From Klebsiella pneumoniae (GTDB lineage Bacteria > Pseudomonadota > Gammaproteobacteria > Pseudomonadales > CAMAPQ01): DNA of 62,855 bases. A program made the translations under genes and the position numbers. The stretch lies in assembly GCA_945860125.1 (NCBI GenBank), contig CAMAPQ010000002.1, positions 1 to 62,855 on the forward strand. The letters are read 5' to 3'. Position 1 is the stretch's first letter. Each line of letters starts with the position of its first letter. The notes under the pieces were generated by a model. The model was not told the origin of the DNA and searched no databases. It was given only the letters and a program-made list of their open reading frames with translations. Positions 42,513 to 52,666 of the stretch are shown in pieces.

Positions 42513-44768
42513 TTATCGCTGTATTTTGTTGAGTCGTACCGTATATTCTGGAAAGCGCACTGCGCTGCCCTCATTTTTAGCTGATAATGTTAGCCTGAGC
42601 AAGTTATTTGTATCAATTGAAAAATTAAATTGAGAGGGGGTGAGTAGCTGAGTATCACTATTTGGTTTGTCTGTGAGATACGCTGTTTTTTTTGTATTAA
42701 TTTCACCGTCAAGTGATTCAAGCTGAAATAGCTCTTTAAATTTAAGATAAAGCATACCCTCTACTTCTGGGTGGTTTAACGTGTAACGTGAGGGTCGGTT
42801 TAGGTTAAATAATTCGTTCAAGTTTAGTGACTGTGATTTTAAGGGCAGTATAAAATGATCTGATTGATTATTCATCGCAATCATATTTTCGGTATTGGCT
42901 TGCCCACCCATCACTTCAAGTTGTGCATTTGTTTTTATTGTCCATTCTTTGGGAATGGTTGAGTAACTAAATTCGCCTTTCAAATTGGCCTTAGTTAAAG
43001 GATCAAATAAGTGAGACTGCTTCAGTTCAACTGAAAACTCACCTGTGTTGTGATTTAATTTTTCTGTTTTTCCTATCAGGCTTAATGAAAGCCCATCCCA
43101 GTTGAGCCAAGGTAAGTTACTTTGCATGCTTTTTATTTCTAGCTGATGCTCAAAATTTAGCGTGTTATTTTGGGGCGGTAATTGGCCTTGTATTTTTCCT
43201 GAGTAGGTTAATTTGCCCTTTTGAAGCTGTTCGATCAGCTGATCAATAGGGTGGAATAAATAAGCAGAATGAATATCTGTAGGCGTAAAGATTTTTTGCA
43301 GTAATGACTTCGTGTTTTCAATATTCGTCTCAAGAGCAAGTTGTGAACTAAAGCTTTTTTTCTGTATATGATATTCGCCTGATAAATTTGCTTTGCTGTC
43401 ATCTTTTGTGCTTTCAAATTTACTATTTAGTAACCAGTAAGGTTCCTCTTTGTTAATAGTTGTTTCTAAGCGATAAGCCGGAATAAGCGTGGCGGTTTGA
43501 GTATCGAGCAGATTTTGCCAATTGCTTTGTGTATCGCTTAATAAAGTAAATTGTATGTGTGTATTTTCACCGGTATACACAACAACATTATTAGCAATCC
43601 CTTGTAGCTTCTCACTTTCTTGTGCTGCCCCTTGCGCTGCTTGTTTTTCAATCTGCCGGCTAACAAATTGCCAGGTAATAGGGTGATTAAAATTAAAGTG
43701 CCAATTTTGGCTGCCATTCCATGAGATTAAATGCTTTTCTGTTGAGCGTAACGTAAGCTTTTTATCTTTATCGTTCAGTTTTATTGTGAAATGATTGACT
43801 TCAATATTTAAATTATCAGCCGAAAAAAATATGTTGAAATCTGAGTTTGCAGCGGCTTCAGAGAAAGGTAAGTTTTCGGTATGTGTTGAGACGTCAAAGT
43901 TAAATTCTGATTTGATTTGGAAGAGTGGATTTTTTAAAAGTGTGCTATCTAACTGTAGTGGGGAAGATACACTAAAATGATTAATATTTATTGATCCTTG
44001 GGTATTTTTTAGCCATGAAAGAAAAGGAAAGTGCTTTTTTACAGCCTCAATATCTTCTGCTGCAATTTTCCCTTTTGACTCAATATTAAAGTTACCAGGA
44101 TGATTACGCATTGTTTCTGTAAAAGAAAAATGAGAATTAATCTCACTGTTTTTTGTTTTAGCTGTTAGGTTCGTATGATCTGTTAAAAAATCAAGATTGC
44201 CAGAAACATCCAGTTCAAGCATATCCGATTTAGTGAGTTGATAAGTGCTGTAAAGTTTTCCCTGATCAATATGCGCATCACCTTGTAAAGCAAAGCGTTG
44301 GCTTTGGTAGGGATAAAATAATAGTGACCAATGTTTTATTTTTGTGCTGGTTTCAAGCATCTCAATTTTACTTAAGCTTTGTATGCTCGTTAATAGGTTG
44401 AGTAATGTTTGGGCGCTTGGTATTTCCTCAGGTAACGTGTTTTCAGCTTTTACTTCCATATTTTCAAGTATGGCTGTGTGGCAAGAAACCGTATGATCTG
44501 CGCTAAAAATCAATCTACAATTAGCTTGAGTAATCTCTGCTGTGATTAAAAAGGGCCCTTTGTCGCCTTTGATTAAAGCGCGTTTAATTTCAATGTTAGG
44601 AAAGTTGATTTTGCCAACCTCAACCTCAACCGAATAAACACCGTACATCTGTAGGCGTTTATATAAAAATAAGCTAAAGAGTGTTGATCTTTGCCAGAAA
44701 ATAAAAAGACTACTTAATATTATTAAAAATAAAAAAAGAATGGTTAGTTTAAATAATATTTTGGTCAT
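42513..44768 (-). CDS. Large N-terminally anchored periplasmic protein, YdbH/AsmA-like (putative intermembrane lipid-transport family)
   Basis: Single N-terminal TM (ILFKLTILFLFLIILSSLFIF) and a long beta-rich body. The C-terminal segment VMGGQANTENMIAMNNQSDHFILPLKSQSLNLNELFNL resembles the E. coli YdbH segment VLGGNVLMKQLRMPQHDPALLRLNNLSSSELVSAV. Similarity is judged by eye only. Confidence 0.4.
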   Translation of the reverse strand: MTKILFKLTILFLFLIILSSLFIFWQRSTLFSLFLYKRLQMYGVYSVEVEVGKINFPNIEIKRALIKGDKGPFLITAEITQANCRLIFSADHTVSCHTAILENMEVKAENTLPEEIPSAQTLLNLLTSIQSLSKIEMLETSTKIKHWSLLFYPYQSQRFALQGDAHIDQGKLYSTYQLTKSDMLELDVSGNLDFLTDHTNLTAKTKNSEINSHFSFTETMRNHPGNFNIESKGKIAAEDIEAVKKHFPFLSWLKNTQGSININHFSVSSPLQLDSTLLKNPLFQIKSEFNFDVSTHTENLPFSEAAANSDFNIFFSADNLNIEVNHFTIKLNDKDKKLTLRSTEKHLISWNGSQNWHFNFNHPITWQFVSRQIEKQAAQGAAQESEKLQGIANNVVVYTGENTHIQFTLLSDTQSNWQNLLDTQTATLIPAYRLETTINKEEPYWLLNSKFESTKDDSKANLSGEYHIQKKSFSSQLALETNIENTKSLLQKIFTPTDIHSAYLFHPIDQLIEQLQKGKLTYSGKIQGQLPPQNNTLNFEHQLEIKSMQSNLPWLNWDGLSLSLIGKTEKLNHNTGEFSVELKQSHLFDPLTKANLKGEFSYSTIPKEWTIKTNAQLEVMGGQANTENMIAMNNQSDHFILPLKSQSLNLNELFNLNRPSRYTLNHPEVEGMLYLKFKELFQLESLDGEINTKKTAYLTDKPNSDTQLLTPSQFNFSIDTNNLLRLTLSAKNEGSAVRFPEYTVRLNKIQR

Positions 44769-44898
44769 CTATTCTCCAGCTAAAAATTACGGTAGGGATA
44801 ATGAAAAACCCTATTAACACAGTTTTGGAATGAGATAAAACTCATTTATGAATGATATATACTCTTAAGCAGGCGTGCATGGATGTTTTTAATGTGTT

Positions 44899-45000
44899 AG
44901 GACTTTACGTAAAACTGCCCAGCTTTGTTGTCGCGCTTCGTCGTACGATTTGTACTGTCTTCATCGCGACGCCTTGCTGGAACAATTTTGCGTAAGTCCT
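44899..45000 (+). mobile_element. A-type MITE-like element copy A5
   Basis: aggactttacgtaaaactgcccagctttgttgtcgcgcttcgtcgtacgatttgtactgtcttcatcgcgacgccttgctggaacaattttgcgtaagtcct. It ends 22 bp before the alkB-like start codon. Confidence 0.85.
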
Positions 45001-45022
45001 GTGTTTTTAGGAGATTAGCCCG

Positions 45023-46144
45023 ATGGAAAAATATTTTGGTTATCGTAAAGCCCCTTCTTTTTTAGTTAAGATGAAAAAATGGGGTTACTTAACTTCATTA
45101 ATTCCTGCTTTAGTCATTTATGCTTTAAGTTATATGTCTTCTATTTTTAATAGCAACATAGCGGCTATTTTATTCGGCTTTTTAATTCTATTTGGGCTAA
45201 TTCCTCTTCTTGATTATGTGATTGGTCGTGATACTTCTAATCCTACCGATTCTGAGCAACCTATTCTTGATCAGGATCATTATTACCGTTATTTAACTTA
45301 TCTTATTGTCCCTATTCAATTGAGTGTTATTTTTTTTGGTGGTGAATTTTTAGTTTCTAACGACTTATCTTTTTTTCTTCAAATTGCATTAGCTGTTTTA
45401 GTGGGGGTGGTAACAGCCACCTTAGGCATTACAACGGGTCATGAATTAGTGCATAAAACATCTCGGTTTGAGCAGAATTTAGGCGGTATTTTATATTCAA
45501 CGGTTTGTTATGGCGGCTTTAAAGTAGAGCATGTGAGAGGGCATCACGTTAATGTTGGTACGCCAAACGATCATTCTTCTGCTCAATACAATCAAACTTT
45601 ATTTCAATTTATTCCAAAAGCCATGCTCCATAATGTAACAGCTGCTTTTAAGTTGGAAGCTAATAGACTTAAAGTAAAAGGATTAAGTTTTTGGCATTAT
45701 CGTAATGAGTTACTTTATTGGTATGGCTTAAGTTTACTATGGTTGGGGCTTGGTTTTTACTTGTGGGGCATGGTAGGGGCGGTGTATTTTTTAATGCAGT
45801 CTTTTGCTGCGGCCATCGTGTTAGAAGCGATTAATTATGTTGAGCATTATGGTTTAAGGCGTAAGCAAAAAGAGAATGGTCAGTATGAAAAAGTGATGCC
45901 TTATCACTCATGGAATAATGATCATTTTTTTAGTAATCTCATTTTGTTTCAATTGCAACGTCATTCTGATCATCATTATCGTGCAGCTAAAAGATATCAA
46001 GTATTAGTCAATCATAGTGAGCTTCCTCAACTACCTCTGGGGTATCCGATTATGTTACTCATGGCATTTTTTCCGCCGTTATGGTTCCGTGTCATGAACC
46101 CTCGGGTTAAAATGATGGAGCAATATGTGCGTACACTGAGTTAG
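45023..46144 (+). CDS. alkB: AlkB-type integral-membrane alkane-1-monooxygenase / fatty-acid desaturase family protein
   Basis: All four signature motifs are present: HELVHK, EHVRGHH, NYVEHYGL and LQRHSDHH. Confidence 0.85.
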   Translation: MEKYFGYRKAPSFLVKMKKWGYLTSLIPALVIYALSYMSSIFNSNIAAILFGFLILFGLIPLLDYVIGRDTSNPTDSEQPILDQDHYYRYLTYLIVPIQLSVIFFGGEFLVSNDLSFFLQIALAVLVGVVTATLGITTGHELVHKTSRFEQNLGGILYSTVCYGGFKVEHVRGHHVNVGTPNDHSSAQYNQTLFQFIPKAMLHNVTAAFKLEANRLKVKGLSFWHYRNELLYWYGLSLLWLGLGFYLWGMVGAVYFLMQSFAAAIVLEAINYVEHYGLRRKQKENGQYEKVMPYHSWNNDHFFSNLILFQLQRHSDHHYRAAKRYQVLVNHSELPQLPLGYPIMLLMAFFPPLWFRVMNPRVKMMEQYVRTLS

Positions 46145-46172
46145 TTTTGAATTTGAATTTTTCGTTCATCCT

Positions 46173-46219
46173 GAGCCTGTCGAAGGATAAGTTTTAAGTT
46201 AAAACCATTCGACAAGCTC
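46173..46219. repeat. REP-like hairpin between convergent genes (possible bidirectional terminator)
   Basis: gagcctgtcgaagg ... ccattcgacaagctc form imperfect inverted arms. The unit belongs to the widespread PELVEG/FDKLR-type REP sequence class. Confidence 0.6.
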
Positions 46220-46222
46220 ACA

Positions 46223-47110
46223 TTAAGAGTCAATCATCATTCTGGTAAGTAAGCTTGATGTATCCCATCTTTTTCCGCCCATTGTTTCAATTTCAGCATA
46301 AAATTTATCTACTATGGCAGTAATAGGTAACGTTGCCTTAATTTTTTGTGCGGCGGCTAAACAAATGCCTAAATCTTTTCTCATCCATTCAACGGCAAAA
46401 CCATGATCATATTCATTATTAATCATTGTCGCGCTGCGATTTTCCATCTGCCAAGATTGCGCTGCGCCTTTAGAAATTACTTCAATGACTTTTTTAGGAT
46501 CTAACCCTGCTTTTGTCGCAAATTGAATACCTTCTGCTAATGATTGAATCAAGCCTGCAACACAAATTTGGTTAACCATTTTCGTCAGCTGGCCGCACCC
46601 AACTGTTCCCATGAGTGTTACAGCGCGCGCATAACAAAATAGCAGCGGCTTTACAGTTTCAAATGCTTCATTTTCACCGCCACACATAATTGTAAGACAC
46701 CCTTTTTGGGCGCCTTGTTGCCCACCAGAAACGGGGGCGTCAATGAAGAATGCACCCTTTAATTGGCATTGCATGGCGAGTTTTTGCGCAATATCAGCAG
46801 AAGTCGTGGTGTGATCAACAAGAATCGCATTAGGTTGAATTGACTCGCTAATGCCTTCCTTGTTTGAAAAAACATCCCATAAGTCATGGTCGTTACCAAC
46901 GCAGGTGAAAATAATTTGAGCGTTTTGTGTTGCTTCTTTGGGGGTGTATGCAATCGTGCCTGCATGTTTTTTAAGCCAGGCATGGCACTTTTCAGGCGTG
47001 CGATTATAAATAATGACATCGAAGCCGTTGTCGGCAAGATGCCCCGCCATTGGGAAGCCCATCGTACCCAAACCAATAAAGGCTAAACGTAACGACTTAC
47101 TTCCCTTCAT
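46223..47110 (-). CDS. NAD(P)-dependent beta-hydroxyacid dehydrogenase (3-hydroxyisobutyrate dehydrogenase family)
   Basis: LAFIGLGTMGFPMAGHLADNGFDVIIYNRT is the Rossmann fold. DAPVSGG and the catalytic-Lys region ...QLTKMVNQI are also present. Confidence 0.8.
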   Translation of the reverse strand: MKGSKSLRLAFIGLGTMGFPMAGHLADNGFDVIIYNRTPEKCHAWLKKHAGTIAYTPKEATQNAQIIFTCVGNDHDLWDVFSNKEGISESIQPNAILVDHTTTSADIAQKLAMQCQLKGAFFIDAPVSGGQQGAQKGCLTIMCGGENEAFETVKPLLFCYARAVTLMGTVGCGQLTKMVNQICVAGLIQSLAEGIQFATKAGLDPKKVIEVISKGAAQSWQMENRSATMINNEYDHGFAVEWMRKDLGICLAAAQKIKATLPITAIVDKFYAEIETMGGKRWDTSSLLTRMMIDS

Positions 47111-47146
47111 GCTAATTCCTTTTATAAAGTCGGAATGGCTTTTTTC

Positions 47147-48439
47147 TTACTTTCTTTGATCAAGTGCAATAAAGTCACGCATTGGTGAACCGGTATATAG
47201 CTGGCGTGGACGACCTATTTTATAAGGGCCGCTAATCATTTCATGCCAGTGTGCAATCCAGCCGACGGTGCGTGCTAGGGCGAAAATAACAGTGAACATA
47301 CTTGTCGGTATGCCGATAGCCCTTAGAATAATGCCTGAGTAAAAATCAACATTAGGATAAAGTTTCTTTTCAATAAAATAGCTATCTTCTCGTGCGATTC
47401 TCTCAAGCTCTAGTGCAAGCTTAAATAAAGGATCGTTACCACAGCCTAACTCTTGCAATACTTCATGGCAGGTATCACGCATTACGGTTGCTCTTGGGTC
47501 AAAGTTCTTATAAACCCTATGACCAAAACCCATTAATCTGAAAGCATCATTTTTATCTTTTGCTTTTTTGATGTACTCATCAACGCGAGAAACATCGCCA
47601 ATTTCCATTAGCATATTAAGCACCGCCTCATTCGCACCACCATGAGCGGGCCCCCATAATGCGGCAATACCTGCCGCAATGCATGCGAAAGGATTGGCGC
47701 CTGAGGAGCCTGCTAAGCGCACAGTTGAAGTTGATGCATTTTGTTCATGGTCAGCGTGCAGAATAAATATCTTGTCCATTGCGCGCGCAAGTGTTGGGCT
47801 AATTTTGCTTTCACGTGTGGGGACACCAAACATCATATGTAAGAAGTTTTCAGCGTAACCAAATTCGTTCTTGGGGTACATGAACGGTTGGCCTACCGAA
47901 TACTTGTAAGACATTGCCGCTAATGTCGGCATTTTAGCAACAAGACGGAAAGCAGCCACTTGGCGATGCTCTTCATTATTAATATCAAGTGAATCGTGGT
48001 AAAAAGCAGAGAGTGCGCCGACAACACCGCACATAATTGCCATGGGATGAGCGTCTCTTCTAAATCCGTTATAAAAATTACGGATTTGCTCATGGACCAT
48101 TGTGTGATTTTTGATGGTGCGTTCAAACTTTTCTTTTTGTTCGCCGTTAGGTAGCTCACCGTATAAAAGAAGAAAGCATGTTTCTAAATAGTCAGACTTT
48201 TTAGCAAGCTGATCAATAGGGTAGCCACGATGCAGGAGAATGCCTTGATCTCCATCAATATAAGTAATTTTTGATTCACAGGCTGCCGTTGACATAAAAC
48301 CTGAATCAAAAGTGAAATAGCCATATTTTGTCAGACTTTGAATATCAATTACATCAGGCCCCACTGTTCCGCTTTTGATCGGTAGTGAAATAGGTAACTC
48401 TTGAGTATCAAGGCGTAGCTCAGCGTGTCTTTCGGTCAT
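47147..48439 (-). CDS. gltA: Citrate synthase (type II)
   Basis: [30 protein letters not shown] and PNVDFYSG are canonical citrate synthase motifs. Confidence 0.95.
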   Translation of the reverse strand: MTERHAELRLDTQELPISLPIKSGTVGPDVIDIQSLTKYGYFTFDSGFMSTAACESKITYIDGDQGILLHRGYPIDQLAKKSDYLETCFLLLYGELPNGEQKEKFERTIKNHTMVHEQIRNFYNGFRRDAHPMAIMCGVVGALSAFYHDSLDINNEEHRQVAAFRLVAKMPTLAAMSYKYSVGQPFMYPKNEFGYAENFLHMMFGVPTRESKISPTLARAMDKIFILHADHEQNASTSTVRLAGSSGANPFACIAAGIAALWGPAHGGANEAVLNMLMEIGDVSRVDEYIKKAKDKNDAFRLMGFGHRVYKNFDPRATVMRDTCHEVLQELGCGNDPLFKLALELERIAREDSYFIEKKLYPNVDFYSGIILRAIGIPTSMFTVIFALARTVGWIAHWHEMISGPYKIGRPRQLYTGSPMRDFIALDQRK

Positions 48440-49041
48440 GGGGCTCTCCTTGGTGTTTCTAATTGGTGTTTCTAATTAAAGAAGCTTGGTTGCGAATATA
48501 CACTCGCTTAATTTATATGCAAGTTACTTAACGTGGGGCGCTCATTCTAAATGAAAAAAAAATAATATTTAATACCTAGAGCAGTATAGATTAAAAAATC
48601 TTGCCGCAATAAATCAGATAAGCTCGTTTTTTCTGACGATCTTTCATGATATTGTTTTGGTTTTTTTGTGTTGTCGTGATGTATCGTTGTGATACTTTGC
48701 GAGGCAAGTGATTTTTTAGGCTCTTTTTTGGGGGCTAATTGCTCGCATAGAGGTTTGTTTTTTGGTGGGTATGCTTTATACTTGACCGGTATTTTAATGG
48801 CTCTTTTTTTCTTCTTATTTTTTGTTCGTATCGCGCCTTATGTGTAGCATGTAACGCGATATGTGACGCGCTCACGCTTAAGATTGTTCAGGTAATTCTT
48901 AATTGCCTGCATTTTTTGAGCAGGCGGACTCATTTTGTTTAATTTTCATTTGGTAAGTTAAGTTAACTAAGAGGTGTTTATTCGATGCAAAGCTTTGCGT
49001 CTTTCTTGGTGAGAATATTAGAAAATAAATGGATAAATCCA

Positions 49042-49467
49042 ATGAATGCCGAGATTTCTTCTGGCGCCCCTTCCAAAAAAAAAGTACCTCATAAACGCCC
49101 CAGAAATATTGATGTGCGCTCTTTGGTTTCTTACCAGTTGCCGTTGCCTGGCATTGCGTCAATTATTCATCGTATCACTGGCGGCATCACTTTTTTAATG
49201 ATTCCTTTTTTGGTGTGGTTGTTATCTTCTTCGTTAGCCTCGCCGGAGAGTTTTGCGCGGATTCAAGACTGTCTTGATTCCTTTTTTATGAAATTGATTC
49301 TGTGGGGTGTGTTAAGTAGTTTGGCTTATCACTTAGTTGCAGGCGTAAAACATCTTGTGATGGATTTTGGTCATGCTGAGACGTTAGAAGGTGCAGATTT
49401 GGCTGCTAAAGTAACGTTTGCTGTTTCTGGCTTTTTATTTTTGATGTTGGGAGTGTGGATATGGTAA
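49042..49467 (+). CDS. sdhC: Succinate dehydrogenase cytochrome b556 subunit
   Basis: RPRNIDVRSLVSYQLPLPGIASIIHRITG with haem-ligand His and three TM helices, positioned before sdhD. The ATG at 49042 is preferred to the ORF track start at 48985. Confidence 0.85.
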   Translation: MNAEISSGAPSKKKVPHKRPRNIDVRSLVSYQLPLPGIASIIHRITGGITFLMIPFLVWLLSSSLASPESFARIQDCLDSFFMKLILWGVLSSLAYHLVAGVKHLVMDFGHAETLEGADLAAKVTFAVSGFLFLMLGVWIW

Positions 49468-49808
49468 CCCGCGTAACAAGCTGGTCTAAAAATGGGTTGC
49501 AGGATTGGATTCTTCAGCGTTTAACAGCCGTGCTGCTGGGCGTTTATTTGATTGTTGTCGTGGGTTTTATGATGCTTTCTTCGCCTCTAAGTTATGAGGT
49601 GTGGTCTGGCTTTATGCGCTCAACACCTATGAAGATTTTTAATGTGTTAGCGTTTGCTTCTGTTGGTGTTCATGCATGGATTGGTATGTGGACAGTTATC
49701 ACAGATTACATCAAGCCTTTTTCTTTTCGCGCGCTAGCCCAAGTGTTTGTTGCGCTTGTCTTGTTAGTAAGTTTTGTTTGGGCCGTGATGGTTTTATTGG
49801 GAGTGTGA
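49455..49808 (+). CDS. sdhD: Succinate dehydrogenase hydrophobic membrane anchor subunit
   Basis: GLQDWILQRLTAVLL... with three TM helices. It overlaps the sdhC stop; the start is the GTG at 49455 or the ATG at 49461. Confidence 0.85.
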   Translation: MDMVTRVTSWSKNGLQDWILQRLTAVLLGVYLIVVVGFMMLSSPLSYEVWSGFMRSTPMKIFNVLAFASVGVHAWIGMWTVITDYIKPFSFRALAQVFVALVLLVSFVWAVMVLLGV

Positions 49809-49811
49809 TCC

Positions 49812-51584
49812 ATGTCGATACGTACGCTTACTTTTGATGCAGTGATTGTTGGTGGTGGTGGTGCAGGTATGCGCGCTAGTTTGCAGCTGGCTCAGTCTGG
49901 TTTTAAAACGGCGTTGCTCTCTAAGGTTTTTCCAACGCGTTCTCATACGGTGTCTGCGCAAGGCGGCATTACCTGCGCAATACAAAGTGATGATCCAAAT
50001 GATGATTGGCGCTGGCATATGTACGATACGGTAAAAGGGTCTGATTATATTGGCGATCAAGACGCAATTGAGTATATGTGTAGCGAAGGCCCAAAAGCAG
50101 TTTTTGAGCTAGAGCATATGGGGTTGCCTTTTTCGAGAACGGAATCTGGTCGTATCTATCAGCGTCCTTTTGGTGGCCAATCTAAGGATTTTGGTAAAGG
50201 TGGGCAGGCATCGCGAACTTGCGCAGCGGCAGATCGAACAGGCCATGCACTCTTGCATACTTTATATCAGCAGAATGTGAAGCATGAAACGGTCTTTTTT
50301 AATGAGTGGTATGCATTAGATCTTGTCACTAATCAGCGAGGCGCTGTAACGGGCGTCGTTGCAATGTGTATTGAAACGGGTGAGGTGGTTTACTTTCAGT
50401 CAAAAGCAACTGTTTTGGCAACGGGTGGTGCGGGTAGAATCTATTCTTCTACGACGAATGCGCTGATTAATTCAGGCGATGGTATTGGTATGTCTCTTCG
50501 TGCTGGTTTTCCCGTGCAGGATATTGAGATGTGGCAGTTTCATCCTACTGGTATCGCAGGTGCTGGTACCTTGGTAACAGAAGGTTGTCGGGGCGAGGGC
50601 GGCTATCTCGTCAATAAAAATGGTGAGCGTTTTATGGAGCGTTATGCGCCTAATGCAAAAGATTTAGCGGGTCGTGATGTTGTTGCTCGTTCGATGATGA
50701 TGGAGATTATTGAAGGCCGCGGTTGTGGAAAAGACGGTGATCACGTGCTTTTGAAGCTTGATCATTTAGGTGAAGAGAAGCTGCATAAAATGTTGCCAGG
50801 TATTTGTGAGTTGGCTAAAACCTTTGCAGGTGTTGACCCTGTGAGAGAACCCATTCCTGTTGTGCCTACTTGTCATTATATGATGGGTGGCGTGCCCACT
50901 AATGTGAATGGTCAGGTAATGACGCGCGGGCTTGATGGTAAAGATAAAACTGTTGATGGTCTTTATGCTGCTGGAGAGGTGGCGTGCGTTTCTGTTCATG
51001 GTGCTAATCGTTTGGGCGGTAACTCGTTACTTGATCTTGTGGTATTTGGTCGTGCTGCTGGTTTATATATTGAGCAGGCGCTAACCCAGGGTATTGAGCT
51101 GCAAACGTCTAGTGCAAGTGATCTTGAAAAAAGTATGCAACGTTATAATCGCTGGCAGTCTTCAGCCAATCAAGGTGAGAGTGTTTCTGATGTTCGTAAA
51201 ACTTTGCAGCAAATTATGCAAAATGCATTTGGTGTATTCCGCAAGGGAGACTTAATGCAGGAGGGTATTGCTAAGCTTGTCGAAGTACGTGCACGTTTGG
51301 ATAAAGCTTATTTAAGTGATAAGTCACAGATATTCAATACAGCACGTATAGAGGCCTTAGAGCTGGATAACTTAATGGAAGTCGCTGAGGCAACCGCAAT
51401 TGCCGCTGAGCATCGCAAAGAAAGTCGTGGTGCGCATTCTCGTTATGACTTCCCTGAAAGGGATGATCAAAATTGGCTGGCGCATTCTTTGTATAGTCCT
51501 GTTGATAAGAGCGTATCAAAGCGTGCAGTCAATTTTACGCCGAAGACAATGGAGCCATTTGAGCCAAAAGCAAGGACCTACTAA
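49812..51584 (+). CDS. sdhA: Succinate dehydrogenase flavoprotein subunit
   Basis: [24 protein letters not shown] (FAD-linked His), HPTG and RGEGG motifs. Confidence 0.96.
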   Translation: MSIRTLTFDAVIVGGGGAGMRASLQLAQSGFKTALLSKVFPTRSHTVSAQGGITCAIQSDDPNDDWRWHMYDTVKGSDYIGDQDAIEYMCSEGPKAVFELEHMGLPFSRTESGRIYQRPFGGQSKDFGKGGQASRTCAAADRTGHALLHTLYQQNVKHETVFFNEWYALDLVTNQRGAVTGVVAMCIETGEVVYFQSKATVLATGGAGRIYSSTTNALINSGDGIGMSLRAGFPVQDIEMWQFHPTGIAGAGTLVTEGCRGEGGYLVNKNGERFMERYAPNAKDLAGRDVVARSMMMEIIEGRGCGKDGDHVLLKLDHLGEEKLHKMLPGICELAKTFAGVDPVREPIPVVPTCHYMMGGVPTNVNGQVMTRGLDGKDKTVDGLYAAGEVACVSVHGANRLGGNSLLDLVVFGRAAGLYIEQALTQGIELQTSSASDLEKSMQRYNRWQSSANQGESVSDVRKTLQQIMQNAFGVFRKGDLMQEGIAKLVEVRARLDKAYLSDKSQIFNTARIEALELDNLMEVAEATAIAAEHRKESRGAHSRYDFPERDDQNWLAHSLYSPVDKSVSKRAVNFTPKTMEPFEPKARTY

Positions 51585-51640
51585 TGTTTTTGGATATAGT
51601 GTAAAGGGGCGGAATTAGAGAGATAAAAGAGAGATGATCT

Positions 51641-52348
51641 ATGAGAATTAAAGTATATCGATATAATCCAGAAGAAAATGAGAAACCCTATTTTCAAGAG
51701 TATCAGATCGAGACTGGTGGAAAGGATCTTATGGTGCTGGATGTGCTGTCCTTAATTAAGGAAAAAGATGCCTCCTTGTCTTTTCGACGCTCATGTCGCG
51801 AGGGCGTATGTGGCTCTGATGGTATGAACATGAACGGGAAAAATGGTCTTGCGTGCATTACGCCGCTTTCTTTAGCGCTGAAGCCCGGTGAAGATCTGCT
51901 TATCTTAAGACCTTTACCTGGTCTACCTGTTATTCGTGATTTAGTTGTCGATATGAGTTTATTCTTTAAACAGTATGAGAAAGTAAAACCGTATCTTATT
52001 AATGAGTCTCCTCCGCCTGCTATTGAGCGTCTTCAGTCGCCTGAAGATAGAGATAAGCTTGATGGTTTGTATGAGTGTATTTTGTGCGCTTGTTGTTCAA
52101 CGGCCTGTCCTTCTTTTTGGTGGAATCCTGATAAGTTTGTCGGTCCTGCTGGTTTATTGCAGGCTTACCGTTTCTTAGCGGATAGTCGTGATACTGCTCA
52201 AGAAGAAAGATTGAGCGATCTTGAAGATCCCTTTAGTGTTTTTCGTTGTCGTGGCGTGATGAATTGCGTGAGCGTTTGTCCTAAGGGTTTAAATCCTACC
52301 AAGGCAATTGGCAATATTCGTAATATGTTATTAGATAAAGCAACCTAA
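51641..52348 (+). CDS. sdhB: Succinate dehydrogenase iron-sulfur subunit
   Basis: The three Fe-S cluster motifs are CREGVCGSDGMNMNG, CILCACCSTACP and CRGVMNCVSVCP. Confidence 0.96.
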   Translation: MRIKVYRYNPEENEKPYFQEYQIETGGKDLMVLDVLSLIKEKDASLSFRRSCREGVCGSDGMNMNGKNGLACITPLSLALKPGEDLLILRPLPGLPVIRDLVVDMSLFFKQYEKVKPYLINESPPPAIERLQSPEDRDKLDGLYECILCACCSTACPSFWWNPDKFVGPAGLLQAYRFLADSRDTAQEERLSDLEDPFSVFRCRGVMNCVSVCPKGLNPTKAIGNIRNMLLDKAT

Positions 52349-52378
52349 GCTGTTTTTGTGATCTCATTCTTTTAGAAG

Positions 52379-52505
52379 TATACCCTTCTTTATTGGAATC
52401 ACGGTGAGGCGGCAAGCAAGTCAACCCCATGAGCATAGATAAACGATGTGATTGGGGTGAATGAGAGCTGCCAACAATGCCGTTTTTTCAAGTACGAAGG
52501 GTATA
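52379..52505 (-). repeat. B-type palindromic element copy B3
   Basis: tatacccttctttattggaatcacggtgaggcggcaagcaagtcaaccccatgagcatagataaacgatgtgattggggtgaatgagagctgccaacaatgccgttttttcaagtacgaagggtata. It lies in the sdhB-sucA spacer. Confidence 0.85.
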
Positions 52506-52666
52506 GAAGTAGATGGAAAGGATTGTGCATAGTATTTATTTGAAGCGTTATATTGGCTATATAGGTTGATGCTATATCTGTCTTAGTTTCAGGTTATAGT
52601 TCTTTCATATATATGATTTTCGTATCTAAAAAATAAATTGATATCAGGATGTATTGGTGAATTTGC

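Noticed and set aside
48451-48476. 13-bp tandem duplication tggtgtttctaat x2 just upstream of the gltA start
   Set aside because: It is real but only two copies, with no obvious operator symmetry. It is most simply a slippage duplication in the 5'-UTR, and too little evidence exists to call it a regulatory site.
48783-48800. Possible sigma70 -35 box (ttgacc) in the 600-bp gltA-sdhC divergent region
   Set aside because: I could not find a convincing -10 at proper spacing by eye. A promoter call would be a guess.
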